Program-made: the position numbers and the translations under genes
Notes under the pieces: generated by a model
Told to the model about the DNA's origin: nothing
Database searches by the model: none
Seen by the model: the letters and a program-made list of their open reading frames with translations, nothing else
Shown: positions 10,804 through 22,434 of the stretch, piece after piece
Layout of the letters: the number at the start of each line of letters is the position of its first letter
How positions within the stretch are numbered: position 1 is the first letter of the stretch
Assembly (NCBI RefSeq): GCF_001194135.2
Contig: NC_068992.1
Location: forward strand, 58,861,911 to 58,910,899
Direction of reading: 5' to 3'
Origin: Octopus bimaculoides
Lineage: Eukaryota
DNA length: 48,989 nt

Positions 10804-11623
10804 NNNNNNNNNNNNNNNNNNNNNNNNNNNNNNNNNNNNNNNNNNNNNNNNNNNNNNNNNNNNNNNNNNNNNNNNNNNNNNNNNNNNNNNNNNNNNNNNN
10901 NNNNNNNNNNNNNNNNNNNNNNNNNNNNNNNNNNNNNNNNNNNNNNNNNNNNNNNNNNNNNNNNNNNNNNNNNNNNNNNNNNNNNNNNNNNNNNNNNNNN
11001 NNNNNNNNNNNNNNNNNNNNNNNNNNNNNNNNNNNNNNNNNNNNNNNNNNNNNNNNNNNNNNNNNNNNNNNNNNNNNNNNNNNNNNNNNNNNNNNNNNNN
11101 NNNNNNNNNNNNNNNNNNNNNNNNNNNNNNNNNNNNNNNNNNNNNNNNNNNNNNNNNNNNNNNNNNNNNNNNNNNNNNNNNNNNNNNNNNNNNNNNNNNN
11201 NNNNNNNNNNNNNNNNNNNNNNNNNNNNNNNNNNNNNNNNNNNNNNNNNNNNNNNNNNNNNNNNNNNNNNNNNNNNNNNNNNNNNNNNNNNNNNNNNNNN
11301 NNNNNNNNNNNNNNNNNNNNNNNNNNNNNNNNNNNNNNNNNNNNNNNNNNNNNNNNNNNNNNNNNNNNNNNNNNNNNNNNNNNNNNNNNNNNNNNNNNNN
11401 NNNNNNNNNNNNNNNNNNNNNNNNNNNNNNNNNNNNNNNNNNNNNNNNNNNNNNNNNNNNNNNNNNNNNNNNNNNNNNNNNNNNNNNNNNNNNNNNNNNN
11501 NNNNNNNNNNNNNNNNNNNNNNNNNNNNNNNNNNNNNNNNNNNNNNNNNNNNNNNNNNNNNNNNNNNNNNNNNNNNNNNNNNNNNNNNNNNNNNNNNNNN
11601 NNNNNNNNNNNNNNNNNNNNNNN

Positions 11624-11656
<33 letters not shown>

Positions 11657-11705
11657 GGGGTGAGAGAAAAGGGGAGTGAGAGTGAGTGAGTGAGTGAGAG
11701 AGTGA
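10749..11705. repeat. (GA)n microsatellite spanning gap 10804-11623
   Basis: Direct reading. Confidence 0.95.
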
Positions 11706-12364
11706 GAAGAGCCAGTACGGTTAGTTTATTACGTATATAAATGCAGTCACTGCACTTGTGGCTGCGCATTCTTTCACAGAGTTTAAAGATTTTTGTCTGG
11801 TGACAGTAAATGCAGACGGAAAAAAGTAAATCCCGAGCGTCTCGTTAAACACATGTGCCATGGAATGGTGAGAATCCGAAAATTTGGCACAGTTATTCTT
11901 ATGAATTCTATATTCAGTATCGCAGTTTGTGAACAATGGTACCGTTAATTATTGGATACTAACAATCAAAATAAGATGGTTCCTGGAATTCCCGGCGAGA
12001 AAAGTGACCAAAGAATGGCATAGAAAACACATCACAACAGACTTCTATTGTATAGCATCAGTTTTGGTTACTTTGCCGACGCCTTACAAATTAAAAGGGT
12101 AAAGGAATTATCAATTTATTAATTAATAAATCAATTAACAATTAATAATTTTTACCAAGCCCAACGGTATGAAAGCACCATTATTGGTGGAGAACTTATT
12201 TAAAAGTTCATATATATTTATAAACATAATAAGGGATCAGCAAATATTTGCTGATCCCTTATTATGTTTATATATATNNNNNNNNNNNNNNNNNNNNNNN
12301 NNNNNNNNNNNNNNNNNNNNNNNNATATATATATATATATATATATATATAGTCAATTCAAATG

Positions 12365-12690
12365 AATGAATAAGATTAACAATAATAGACAACAAGAGGA
12401 CATGCACAAGGAATGAATTAACCTGGCGCTCAGTAAAAAGAGAGAGTTTTTGATGTTTCGAACACAGCTCTTCGTCGGAAAGGAGAAAGGGAAAAATCCA
12501 AAGAAGGAAAAAAATAGCCAACAGCAAGTATATATGCGCGCGCGCACACACACATATATAACACGAAGGAACAGGAATAATAAAACCCGGGCCAATGCTC
12601 TTTTGAGCACTCTGCAGTAACACAATTAGATTAACAAGAACGACGAGAAATAATTGTTATAATTGTTATGATAATTGAGTGATAATTATT
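12365..12690 (-). mobile_element. Penelope-like terminal-repeat fragment with degenerate hammerhead-like core
   Basis: Minus strand 12482-12445 reads ctttccgacgaagagctgtgttcgaaacatcaaaa, the same architecture as 17111-17145. Confidence 0.5.
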
Positions 12691-12694
12691 CTAA

Positions 12695-13986
12695 CACTGT
12701 ACAAAAAATTTCAGGGTCCAGAGAAAAACATAGTTCTCATGTCCATTTTATTATGAGGGTGATTATGCAAAATTCGAATTTTATAACAAAAATTTCTCAT
12801 TGTTACGTTTCCTTGAATATTACCGACTTAATAACGATGTAATTTACACCAATTTCTACGATAACAAATTATTTTGCTCCCAAATTCAGATTAAACATGT
12901 CCATTGTAATTAATTCATGAATATATAATGAATCGGTATGTTTGTTAGCATTATATAATGTATTAACCTACATTTTAGTATTTACTTCGTTTATAAGACA
13001 TCTCAGGTGTGTCACGCTTCAAGTTCAAGCAGAAGTCAGCCAGCATAGTTGGTCTCCATTTCCCCTTATACCTGTTTTCCATTGGCGCTATATGCTAATG
13101 GAACCTCTCACATCTCCTGCATTCTCTGGGAAGAAGGACAGATGAGAATGAAGAAAGTGTATCTTCAGTGACATATTGCATCTGAGATCTTGGTAGCACT
13201 TGATTAGGCCCTCCGCTATACTCTCTCGCTGGGCCACTTAGTGCTTTCCCAGAAGTCCTTTGCAAACATCTTTGAATTCATGCCAGGCCGCTACCTCAGT
13301 TTCATCCATTGTCACCTCGAAGTCCTCATCAGCTATAAGTTGACGAATCTTTGACGAAGCTATAAGGGCCTACGAATATGCGCTCTTTAATCTTGGCATC
13401 ACTTATTTTAGGGAAGATCGCCTTGAGGTACTGGAAACATAGCTCGCTATGTTGCAGCGATTTGGTAAATTGCTTCGTGAGGCCTCGTTTTATAAGCAGT
13501 GGTGAAAAAATGATGTTCTCCTTCTTAACTAGAGGCTCATGGTTTACATTATCGCAGCTAGGCGTCATAGATTCCAGAGGTGGCCATTCTGAGCGTATAT
13601 AATGTTGTGATCTGGCCCCACTTCCCCACTTGAAAAGGAAGCACGTAAACTTGATGTATCCAGCTTGTAGCCCATTAAGTAGGGCTACTACTTTCAAGTC
13701 CGCACAAATTAGCCACTCATGCTCCTTGTAACTTATGAGGTCTAGAATAAAAACGAGGTTCTCATATGTCACTCTTGAAATGACTGAGTAAGCAATTTGT
13801 ATTGAAGGTATGGTGTTCCCAATGTGAAACAGAACCGCTTTTATGTTTTATGTTGTAAAGGGATGTATCTATGAATAACCCCCATTCATTTGGTTCATAG
13901 TTCAGCTCAAGGGCATTGAATAGATATCTGATATCATTACAATAAGTCAAGTTGTTTTCCAAATTGACGAATTTCTCATATGTCAC
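12695..13986 (-). mobile_element. Chapaev3-like (CMC) DNA transposon: 3' two-thirds of transposase pseudogene and one terminus
   Basis: Minus frames give YCNDI..LF..EWGLFID, ICADLKVVALLNGLQAGYIKF, PLLIKRGLTKQF, FPKISDAKIKERIFVGP, MSLKIHFLHSHLSFFPEN and MENRYKGKW..MLADFC. The terminus CACTG at 12695 is preceded by TAA. Confidence 0.8.
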
Positions 13987-14235
13987 GGTTCTGCAATTTC
14001 TTGGTAAACAGTCTGCACAGATGATTCGGTTATAGTGATCAAATGTTTGTGTTGTTCATTAGAACCCTCCCTCCATCAAATCGACATAAACTGCAGAAGT
14101 GCACGGTGTACCACACGTCAGATGTCGATGTGATCACAGAGCAACGTACGTGAGATGAAGTGTTATGCTCACGAACACAACCTCACGTGTGGTCCGAAAA
14201 TTGAAACCCACCATCCCGCAATCGGGTCTGCAACA
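13987..14235 (-). mobile_element. SINE family D (tRNA head plus CORE-like middle), degraded
   Basis: Shares tagtgatcaaatg, gaacacaac and aattgaaacc blocks with 15885-16160. Confidence 0.55.
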
Positions 14236-14280
14236 CCTGATATATGTGTGTGTGTGTGTGTATACACGGATATATATATT

Positions 14281-14477
14281 CTTTTACATGCTTAAGTCAT
14301 TTGACTGCGACCATGCTGGAGTACCGTCTTGAAGGGTTTTAGCAAAGAAATCTACCACAGGACTTAGATATATATAATCTTTTACTCTTTTACTTGTTTC
14401 AGTCATTTGACTGCGACCATGCTGGAGTACCGTCTTGAAGGGTTTTAGCAAAGAAATCTACCACAGGACTTAGATAT
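14281..14477 (-). mobile_element. SINE family B 3' tail, duplicated (identical 77-bp direct repeat, 14295-14371 and 14401-14477)
   Basis: Direct comparison; abuts gap 14478-15058. Confidence 0.85.
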
Positions 14478-15472
14478 NNNNNNNNNNNNNNNNNNNNNNN
14501 NNNNNNNNNNNNNNNNNNNNNNNNNNNNNNNNNNNNNNNNNNNNNNNNNNNNNNNNNNNNNNNNNNNNNNNNNNNNNNNNNNNNNNNNNNNNNNNNNNNN
14601 NNNNNNNNNNNNNNNNNNNNNNNNNNNNNNNNNNNNNNNNNNNNNNNNNNNNNNNNNNNNNNNNNNNNNNNNNNNNNNNNNNNNNNNNNNNNNNNNNNNN
14701 NNNNNNNNNNNNNNNNNNNNNNNNNNNNNNNNNNNNNNNNNNNNNNNNNNNNNNNNNNNNNNNNNNNNNNNNNNNNNNNNNNNNNNNNNNNNNNNNNNNN
14801 NNNNNNNNNNNNNNNNNNNNNNNNNNNNNNNNNNNNNNNNNNNNNNNNNNNNNNNNNNNNNNNNNNNNNNNNNNNNNNNNNNNNNNNNNNNNNNNNNNNN
14901 NNNNNNNNNNNNNNNNNNNNNNNNNNNNNNNNNNNNNNNNNNNNNNNNNNNNNNNNNNNNNNNNNNNNNNNNNNNNNNNNNNNNNNNNNNNNNNNNNNNN
15001 NNNNNNNNNNNNNNNNNNNNNNNNNNNNNNNNNNNNNNNNNNNNNNNNNNNNNNNNNNATATATATATATATATATATATATACATGATTGCTGTTAATT
15101 GCTGCTCGGTAATTAGTATTACAACTTAGTGCCCAACATATTAGATAATGTAACACACATTAGGCACAAGACGTGATAGCTACGGTCTGAACGCCTTTTA
15201 ACATAGATATCTGTTGATTTAGAGCTGATCTAGAGCTAAAAATCATTAATTACATGTGTTATCAGATAATTTATCCCAAGTCAGGCGCGAGAAAAGGAGA
15301 GAAGGGTACAGTCCAACCAACGATCAAAATATAAAGTAAGTAAAATAATACAAAATCAATAAGACTACGTACCGGAAAGTAAGTAAAGGCAAGATAATAT
15401 CGACTTTTCTGACAGTGACACTTCATCGGGAAAAAAGGAAAAGGAGAGAAAATATACGAGATTGTATGATTA

Positions 15473-15671
15473 AAGCAGCAAGCTGGCAGAATCATTAGCG
15501 CGCTGGACAAAATGCTTGGTGACATTTCGTCCTTTATTACGTTCTGAGTTCAATTTCCACTGAGGTCGGCTTTGGTTTTCATCTTTTCGAGGTCGGTAAA
15601 AATACGTACCTATCTCCTCCCTCCACTCTCCACCGAAACTGCAGGCTTTGCGCCAAAACTTGAAGCCAATA
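15473..15671 (+). mobile_element. SINE family A (internal deletion)
   Basis: agctggcagaatcattagc...gttctgagttcaatttcc...ccaaaacttgaagccaat. Confidence 0.85.
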
Positions 15672-15820
15672 TATGAATCAGTATCAGAACTACAACGTGC
15701 TTGTATGGAAGCAGGAAGTAAAAAGAAAAAAAATGACAAATATGAATGTTGGGTTAAGACGGAAACAGCATGATCACGAATACAGGCTGTGGAAATGAGC
15801 GTCTTTCGAAAAAAGTGTAT

Positions 15821-15858
<38 letters not shown>

Positions 15859-15884
15859 GTGTGTGTGTGTGCATATGGTGGACT

Positions 15885-16160
15885 CTCCCTTCGAAGATGA
15901 CGAACGAGCGTTCAGCTTTTTGCCGAACGACCTTCACAAATGATTTGTTCATAGTGATCAAATGTCCGTACCGCATATTATCTCACTCTGTCCATCAAAA
16001 ACGACGTTGTCTGAACAGGTTCACTGTGTACGACGTCTCTGGTGTCGAAATGATCGCAGAGAAGCCTAAGATTAAGTGTTTTGCCCAAGAACACAACGCA
16101 CTACCCGGTCTAGGAATTGAAACCACGGTCTTGTGATCGTGAGTTCAACACCCTAACCAA
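15885..16160 (-). mobile_element. SINE family D
   Basis: Minus strand reads ggttagggtgttgaactcacgatcacaagaccgtggtttcaattcc (tRNA-like head), then ttcttgggcaaaacacttaat (CORE-like). Confidence 0.65.
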
Positions 16161-16183
16161 CAAAAAGAATATACTCCTTCTTC

Positions 16184-16238
<55 letters not shown>

Positions 16239-16689
16239 TATGTATATATATTTGTGTGTGTGTGTAATTGGCTGCAAAGCGAGCTTCTTGTTCACACAGC
16301 TAAACTTATGACTGTGTAGGAACTGAGGGTTGTTATGATAAAGACGTCCAACAAATACGAGGATACATTAGATCTTCAAGCAACCGATTCAAGCAGATGT
16401 GGCTGATTGATCTAGTAGCAGTGAACATTATCCACTGGAGACTATTTCCATGGAAAATAGTTGAAACGTGATATTATTATAGAACTTATGCATGAAGAGT
16501 TTGCAATCTGTCTTGAATCATAGAACATAAGAAAGTAAGTAGTTTATTTTATGTACAAAACATGAAGCGCCACTTTCAGTGTTAACACAGCGTAAGGCAA
16601 TACACAGACACACGCACGCACATCTACGATGTATTATACAATCGTACATCATCGGTTTTTTAATCTTTTATTTGTCTCTGCCATGTTTG

Positions 16690-17235
16690 GGCACGACACG
16701 CAGACATACGCAGCGTTCACTCTTTTCCTCTCGTTCTGGTCTAACGACCCTCCATGTTTGTTTTCGTTCAGTTTCCTTGTAAGTTTCCACTGTCATTTTT
16801 CTGTTCCGAACTTTGACTCTTCATAAATCCGACATTTTATTTTAAAATTTATGGGAGCAACTGTATTTGAAGACTCATTTTGTCGTTGAATGCTCGAAAT
16901 GAGGAGTAGATAGACAGCCGACACAACTGACAACTGATGAAGGGTCGTTTCTCTGTGACTACTTGTCCTGTTTTCCATCTTTTTCTAGTTGTTTACGTAT
17001 TCCATGTTATTTGCAATCAGTGACGTCCTGTACCCATGTATGCATGTAATCTCGTGGGCATCGGTGCCGATTTTTTCTTCCTCCGTTTTTCCATTCTTTG
17101 AAGTTTCCTTGTTTCCGACGAAGGGCTCCGCCCGAAACGTCATACTCTCTCTCTTTCCTTTCCCGAGCGTCTAATAACACTATCCGTATCACGTCCTCAC
17201 GTTGTTGTTTTTTGTTATTGTTTTTTGTCTTTTTT
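16690..17235 (+). mobile_element. Penelope-like terminal-repeat region
   Basis: Carries the hammerhead-like core at 17111-17145; partial copies at 7945-8160 and 43405-43490. Assignment to Penelope-like elements is inferred from the ribozyme motif. Confidence 0.55.
17111..17145 (+). ncRNA. Minimal hammerhead-ribozyme-like motif
   Basis: gttt-CCGACGA-a-GGGC-tcc-GCCC-GAAA-CG-TC-atac: core boxes, 4-bp stem II, palindromic ACGT in place of stem III, GUC triplet. Confidence 0.55.
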
Positions 17236-17652
17236 TGAATCTATANNNNNNNNNNNNNNNNNNNNNNNNNNNNNNNNNNNNNNNNNNNNNNNNNNNNNNN
17301 NNNNNNNNNNNNNNNNNNNNNNNNNNNNNNNNNNNNNNNNNNNNNNNNNNNNNNNNNNNNNNNNNNNNNNNNNNNNNNNNNNNNNNNNNNNNNNNNNNNN
17401 NNNNNNNNNNNNNNNNNNNNNNNNNNNNNNNNNNNNNNNNNNNNNNNNNNNNNNNNNNNNNNNNNNNNNNNNNNNNNNNNNNNNNNNNNNNNNNNNNNNT
17501 ATATATATATATATATATATAAAGTGTAGTATATTGCCACTTAAGTGTGGCTGACCCCTAGGGGTGGATGTTACTGTTGCTTTTAGCTCCAGGAGGACAT
17601 CTCCTCCAGCTGGCTTATCGACACACTACTGTGTCCTGTTTGCCATGGGAAG

Positions 17653-17695
<43 letters not shown>

Positions 17696-18136
17696 TACTT
17701 CCTTTCTCACATTTGACTTGTAGTGCCTGGTATCGAGAATTCTGTCGTTAATCTAAAACATGTTCTATTGTGTTTGTTATTTTAAGTGTTTGTAATTTCT
17801 GATCCTTAATGTTTGTTGGGATCTAAACTTTTATAATGTTCTTGTCTATTAGTATTTTTAAATTTACACTTTCTTTTGTTTGTCGGTTGATTTGAATTTT
17901 CGGTTATAATAGTGAACCGCTGATCTTAATCCTTCGATCTTTAGCTCGCTGTTTTGTTTTATTTGTTGTTCATGTTCGACAAGATAGGTTTAATATGGAA
18001 ATTTCAGAGATGGATAATTGGTGTTTAATTAATCTACTTTCCATATATTTTGGATTTTCTGGAACCTTCCAAGGATGAGTTAAAATAATAAGCATCTTAC
18101 AAAGTTGTTGATGTATTTTTCTCCTCTTTATATTAC

Positions 18137-18715
18137 TTATATACCGAGAATCTTGCCTCTTACAATAGAAACATTTCTCGTGGCACCAGCAGACAAAATG
18201 GAAAAGGCGTTGCTCCGGAGGATGGCAAGGGATATTCGCTGGGACAGACATTCTGACTCAAGGGGCTCGCACTTCCGCACAGCAATCTCTACCCTGATAG
18301 CGATGAACAGAGATATTATCCGGAGCAGAGAAAGGACACCAGAGGTCTCAACTGCCATACAGGCTCAACCACAAACCTGCCAGAGAGCAACCTGTACCTT
18401 GAGAGTTCTTTCCCAGACTGACAAGCAGAGGAGCCTGGGCTTATCGATGACAACACCAAGTTGCTGCCACTAGAGAAGATGTGACAGCATCCCAGATGAG
18501 GGGCCTACCATTACTGAATGGGAAAATTGTTATACCGTCCAGCCTTCTACCATTCCCCGCCGTCTAGCCCCACTGGCTCGAGCTGAGAAGGGACGCATGT
18601 GGCGTCTAGGCCATGCTGGTAGTTTTCCAAGTGACAATTTTGCTAATTGTGAGATCTGATTGAATATGTATGTCGTCGCAGATAAATGCTGTTGTTGTCT
18701 AGTTTGGAGTCTCAA
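18137..18715 (-). mobile_element. CRE-clade-like non-LTR retrotransposon 3' fragment (RLE domain)
   Basis: Minus frames give VPSQLEPVGLD, GRRLDGITIFPFSNGRPLIWDA and AVETSGVL...EPLESECLSQRISLAILRSNAFSIL, matching the CRE RLE pattern EPxGL..DGxRPDG..WD..AVETxG..QRISIA..RGNA. Confidence 0.78.
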
Positions 18716-19379
18716 TGCTGGTTCTGATTCTATAGTATTAGTAATTCTACAATTTTACATAACTTGTTTAACGCTTGATTAACCTTCACTTGTTGAGTTC
18801 GACTTAATCTCTCGTTGACTTCACTGGTATAGTCTTATTTTTGTCTACTGTTCTAGTTAGGAAGGTGAGTTTAGAAGAGTTCTCTTACTACCCTCATGAT
18901 TTCTTTGCTCATTGTATTAATTTCTGCCGGATTTGATAACATTTTCGTCTCTCGCGAGGCAAATATGTAGAAGGAAACATATTTTTTACTTGAGATGCAT
19001 AACAAAAGGAAATTGAAAATGCACTTGGAGTTTTTAAAAGATTTATTTATATTTACTAAACTAGTTTCACAAGTTCATGGCTTTCGAACACAGTGTGAAA
19101 CGGGGAGCCCTGGAGTTATGCAGTATTGATTTAGATTTAATATTTTTAAAATTATCGCCTTTATTATGGAGATATTATGACACATATCGCCATCCGTTCA
19201 GGAACAGTCCTCTCCATAAAGCGGAGCATATTTTAAAGTTCTAGTTAGATTTTGCATAGATCCATAGGTCCCTCTATCGCACACTACTTTTGGAAACCAT
19301 GGAATTGCGAAACCAATTAGGTAAACATAAAGAAATCCTTTTAAATATTCTAAGTGTATTATCAAATTCGTCTCTTTAT

Positions 19380-19385
19380 ATATAT

Positions 19386-19416
<31 letters not shown>

Positions 19417-19494
19417 GTATGTGTGTGTGTGTCTGTGTGTTTGTGTGTGGGAGGTGTATGTATGTGTGTGTAGGTATATGTACGTATATAAACA

Positions 19495-19536
<42 letters not shown>

Positions 19537-19620
19537 CGTAAGTATGCATGTATTCACGTATATATGCCTCTGTGTGTGTACGAATAAATGCACATATATA
19601 TATACATACATACATACATC
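19380..19620. repeat. (TG)n/(TA)n compound microsatellite
   Basis: Direct reading. Confidence 0.93.
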
Positions 19621-20832
19621 TGAAATGAAAGTATTTATTTGTGTTAATTGCTTGAAGAATAATGAATATGTTGCGACTTATAAGAGTATGACTAAACAGA
19701 ATGAAATACGTTTAACGTTACCGGCAGTATTTAAATGACGAATGTTCTGTTTATTTTAAAGTGGTTAGCTCAGACTCGAATGAGGTCAAAACCAGTCTAT
19801 GCAGGTAAGAACAGGTGTTGTAACAACAATAATAAATATAACAACAACAGCACCAGCAGCAGCGAAATTAAAATCCAGTTGGAGGAACAATTACTGCAGA
19901 AAGAGTAACAATAAAATAAGGAATGCAGTAAAAGATTTCCTGCATTTTTGCAGTTATCCATGAGTTTCTTTGTTAAAGGAATACATTTTGTTGTTTTATA
20001 GATCTTAGTTAAAACATGCACGTTGCTTTAAGTCCAATTCTACAAATAAACAAAGCGAGACTGCTTGTATTTTTAAAGACGTTCCCATTTTCCTGTAAAT
20101 GTTGAAGCACGTAATATCTGATATTTTCTCGCGGTGACATCCTTCACTTAACATTACTAAATTAACATCACAAGGGCTATGGTTTTGACTTCGAAATATT
20201 AAAATACTTCGAAACTGATTAGATGCTGGCCATGTATTAGGTTCCAGCAGAACTCATACTTTACTACTTGCATCTCTGAGACAGTTCTGCTGCTATATTC
20301 ATTTTCTAGTTTGTATCAATAAATAAATAAATAACATAAAACAAGACAATGGGTCGGTTTCATTGGCGGACATACATTTACAAACAGAACTAAGGCATCA
20401 GACTAACTGACAACTTGCATGTCCTTTCTGCTTTTGTTTCGCTAGTAAAACAGCTTCTGCTACTCAATGAATTTGGTTTACCACCACCCAATGCATGCAC
20501 TATCTCAGTTTCTAATGGCACACTGAACAATTAGATAAATACTTAATAATCCTTTCTACTGGAAGCACAAGGCCTCAAATTCGGGGGAAGCATTTTTTAT
20601 TTGTCTTGTAGTCTTAATAAAGACTGAGTTTTAGAGTTCACTTCTGTTTAGTTTTTTATTAACTAATTATGAGAGAAAGACTACATCCAAGATTTTCCTA
20701 GATTCTGCTAGACTTGTACAATCGACAAGATAGGTGTTTCCTTAAACTTCTGAAAAATTTGCGATGCCTGTCTAAAAATAAAATGTTAGGGATGCGAGAA
20801 GGCTTCAGTTATCAACATTAAGTATTTATCTA

Positions 20833-21056
20833 GGGCGACGAGCTGGCAGAATCGTTAGCTCGCCGGGCGACATGCTTAGTGGTATTTCGTCTGCCGCTAC
20901 GTTCTGAGTTCAAATTCCGCCGAGGTCGACTTAGCCTTTCATCCTTTCCGGGTCGATAAATTAAGTACCAGTTACGCACTGGGGTCGATGAAATCTATTT
21001 AATCTCCTTGTTTGTACCCTCTATGTTTAGCTCCTTGTGGCAATAAAGAAGTAAGA
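20833..21056 (+). mobile_element. SINE family A with alternative 3' tail
   Basis: Typical head and body; tail tgtttgtaccctctatgtttagctccttgtggcaataaagaagtaag. Confidence 0.92.
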
Positions 21057-21120
21057 AACATCTAGATAATATCCCAGGAGGACCATGTTTCAGAGAAATC
21101 CAAAAGAATTTTGATCACAA

Positions 21121-21192
21121 ATCGTAAACCTTGAAGAAAACTGCTAAGCATTTTGTCTGACAGGCCAACAATTGTGCCGGCTCACCGCCATT
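21121..21192 (-). mobile_element. SINE family A 5' fragment
   Basis: Reverse complement reads aatggcggtgagccggcac...cagacaaaatgcttagcag. Confidence 0.65.
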
Positions 21193-21205
21193 ATTGCTTT
21201 TATGA

Positions 21206-21416
21206 TACTGATTTCAAAATTTGTGACAAGGCCAGCAAGTCTGGGGTGGGTAGTCGATTAAATTAACGCCAGTGTTCAACTAGTACTTATTTTATCGACC
21301 TCGAAAGAATGAAAGGCAAAGTCGACCTCGGCGGAATTTGAACTCAAAACGTAAGGAAGGACGGACGAAATACCGCTAAGCATTTTTCCGGGCGATCGTT
21401 TCTGCCAGCTTGCTGC
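21206..21416 (-). mobile_element. SINE family A
   Basis: Reverse complement matches the family body and tail type 1. Confidence 0.9.
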
Positions 21417-22434
21417 GTCTTTGTTGCCCTTATAATACTAACCATTAGATTTTATAATAATCAAAACCGCTCCATTTGACAGGCAATGCTTAATTCATCA
21501 ATAACCCGTTAACTCTGTCTCCTCTCGTTAGTATGACAATGTCTGTTTCTTTAAACTCTCCAACTCTATAATACAGTCTGGCAGTTATTGAAACAAATAT
21601 AATACAAAATCATCAAACTGAGGTGAGAAAATATGAACTAAAATATGCAAAACAAATACCAAAAGCAAAAAAAAAAACAACAACAAAAAAACGCTAAATG
21701 AATGTCTAACCGGCAGATGTTATTGACTAATGACCAATATTCGATGGACTTCTATGATTTTTCACAATTTGTGGATATTTTTCAATCTGACATAGAATAT
21801 GTTATTTAAATATAACTTGGACAAATGAAGTGTTGCCGAATGTGGAGTGCAAGACTAAGTCGATGTGAGCTGTACTTATGAGGGTGGTGGGTTGTAACTT
21901 CAATACACCTTTTCGGAGTGTCGTTATTCTGCTTGACATTAGTCCTGGGTTAAACTGGCTGCGACTAACAGTACGTTCCATGAGACACTATCCACGGTAA
22001 CGGAAACTCAGCCGTGGATAATTCGACTCACAGTTTTGTGAGACATCAGCAACGGAGTAAACTTCATAATAAATCCAGTGTGGTATCTCAAAGGCGGTTT
22101 GTCATTTTTCCCCAAATTCTAACAACTCCTGTAGCCTACTCGGTGCTAGTTATAATGTTCTGTACTCCTTTAGATAACACTAGCGAGATTGAAAGTGGAA
22201 TTCTGGTGTCTCGGTCACTCAGGGTCACCACTGAGCTAACCCTGGCTTGCACTCTTGAGAGGTCATTTCTGTTACTGACCAGTGGTAAAAAACTCCATTG
22301 TTTCTCGAGACAGAGGGACAACAGAAATGTACCTACAAAAGTAGGAAGAAGTGTGTTGGTGATTTAATTCAACAAAGTTCCATTAATGAGTTATTCTGCG
22401 AAATTCATGAAATAGGGAAACTCCATTCATATCA

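Noticed and set aside
14295-14477. Identical 77-bp direct repeat as a recent duplication
   Set aside because: The second copy ends exactly at an N-gap and is 100% identical in otherwise diverged sequence; most likely a contig-end or gap-filling artefact (long reads would settle it).
16320-16535. 49-codon open frame (TEGCYDKDVQQIRGY...FPWKIVET) with a downstream GTAAGT
   Set aside because: A stop occurs before the donor, I recognise no homology, and the length is within chance.
17970-18251. Minus ORF resembling a GIY-YIG C-terminus
   Set aside because: No real GIY/YIG motifs; its 5' half overlaps the CRE-like RLE in another frame.
21841-22367. TG...CA segment 21841-22124 as another LTR, and ORF 22014-22367 as a gene
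   Set aside because: No PBS, PPT, TSD or second copy; the ORF has no recognisable motif. Left unclassified.
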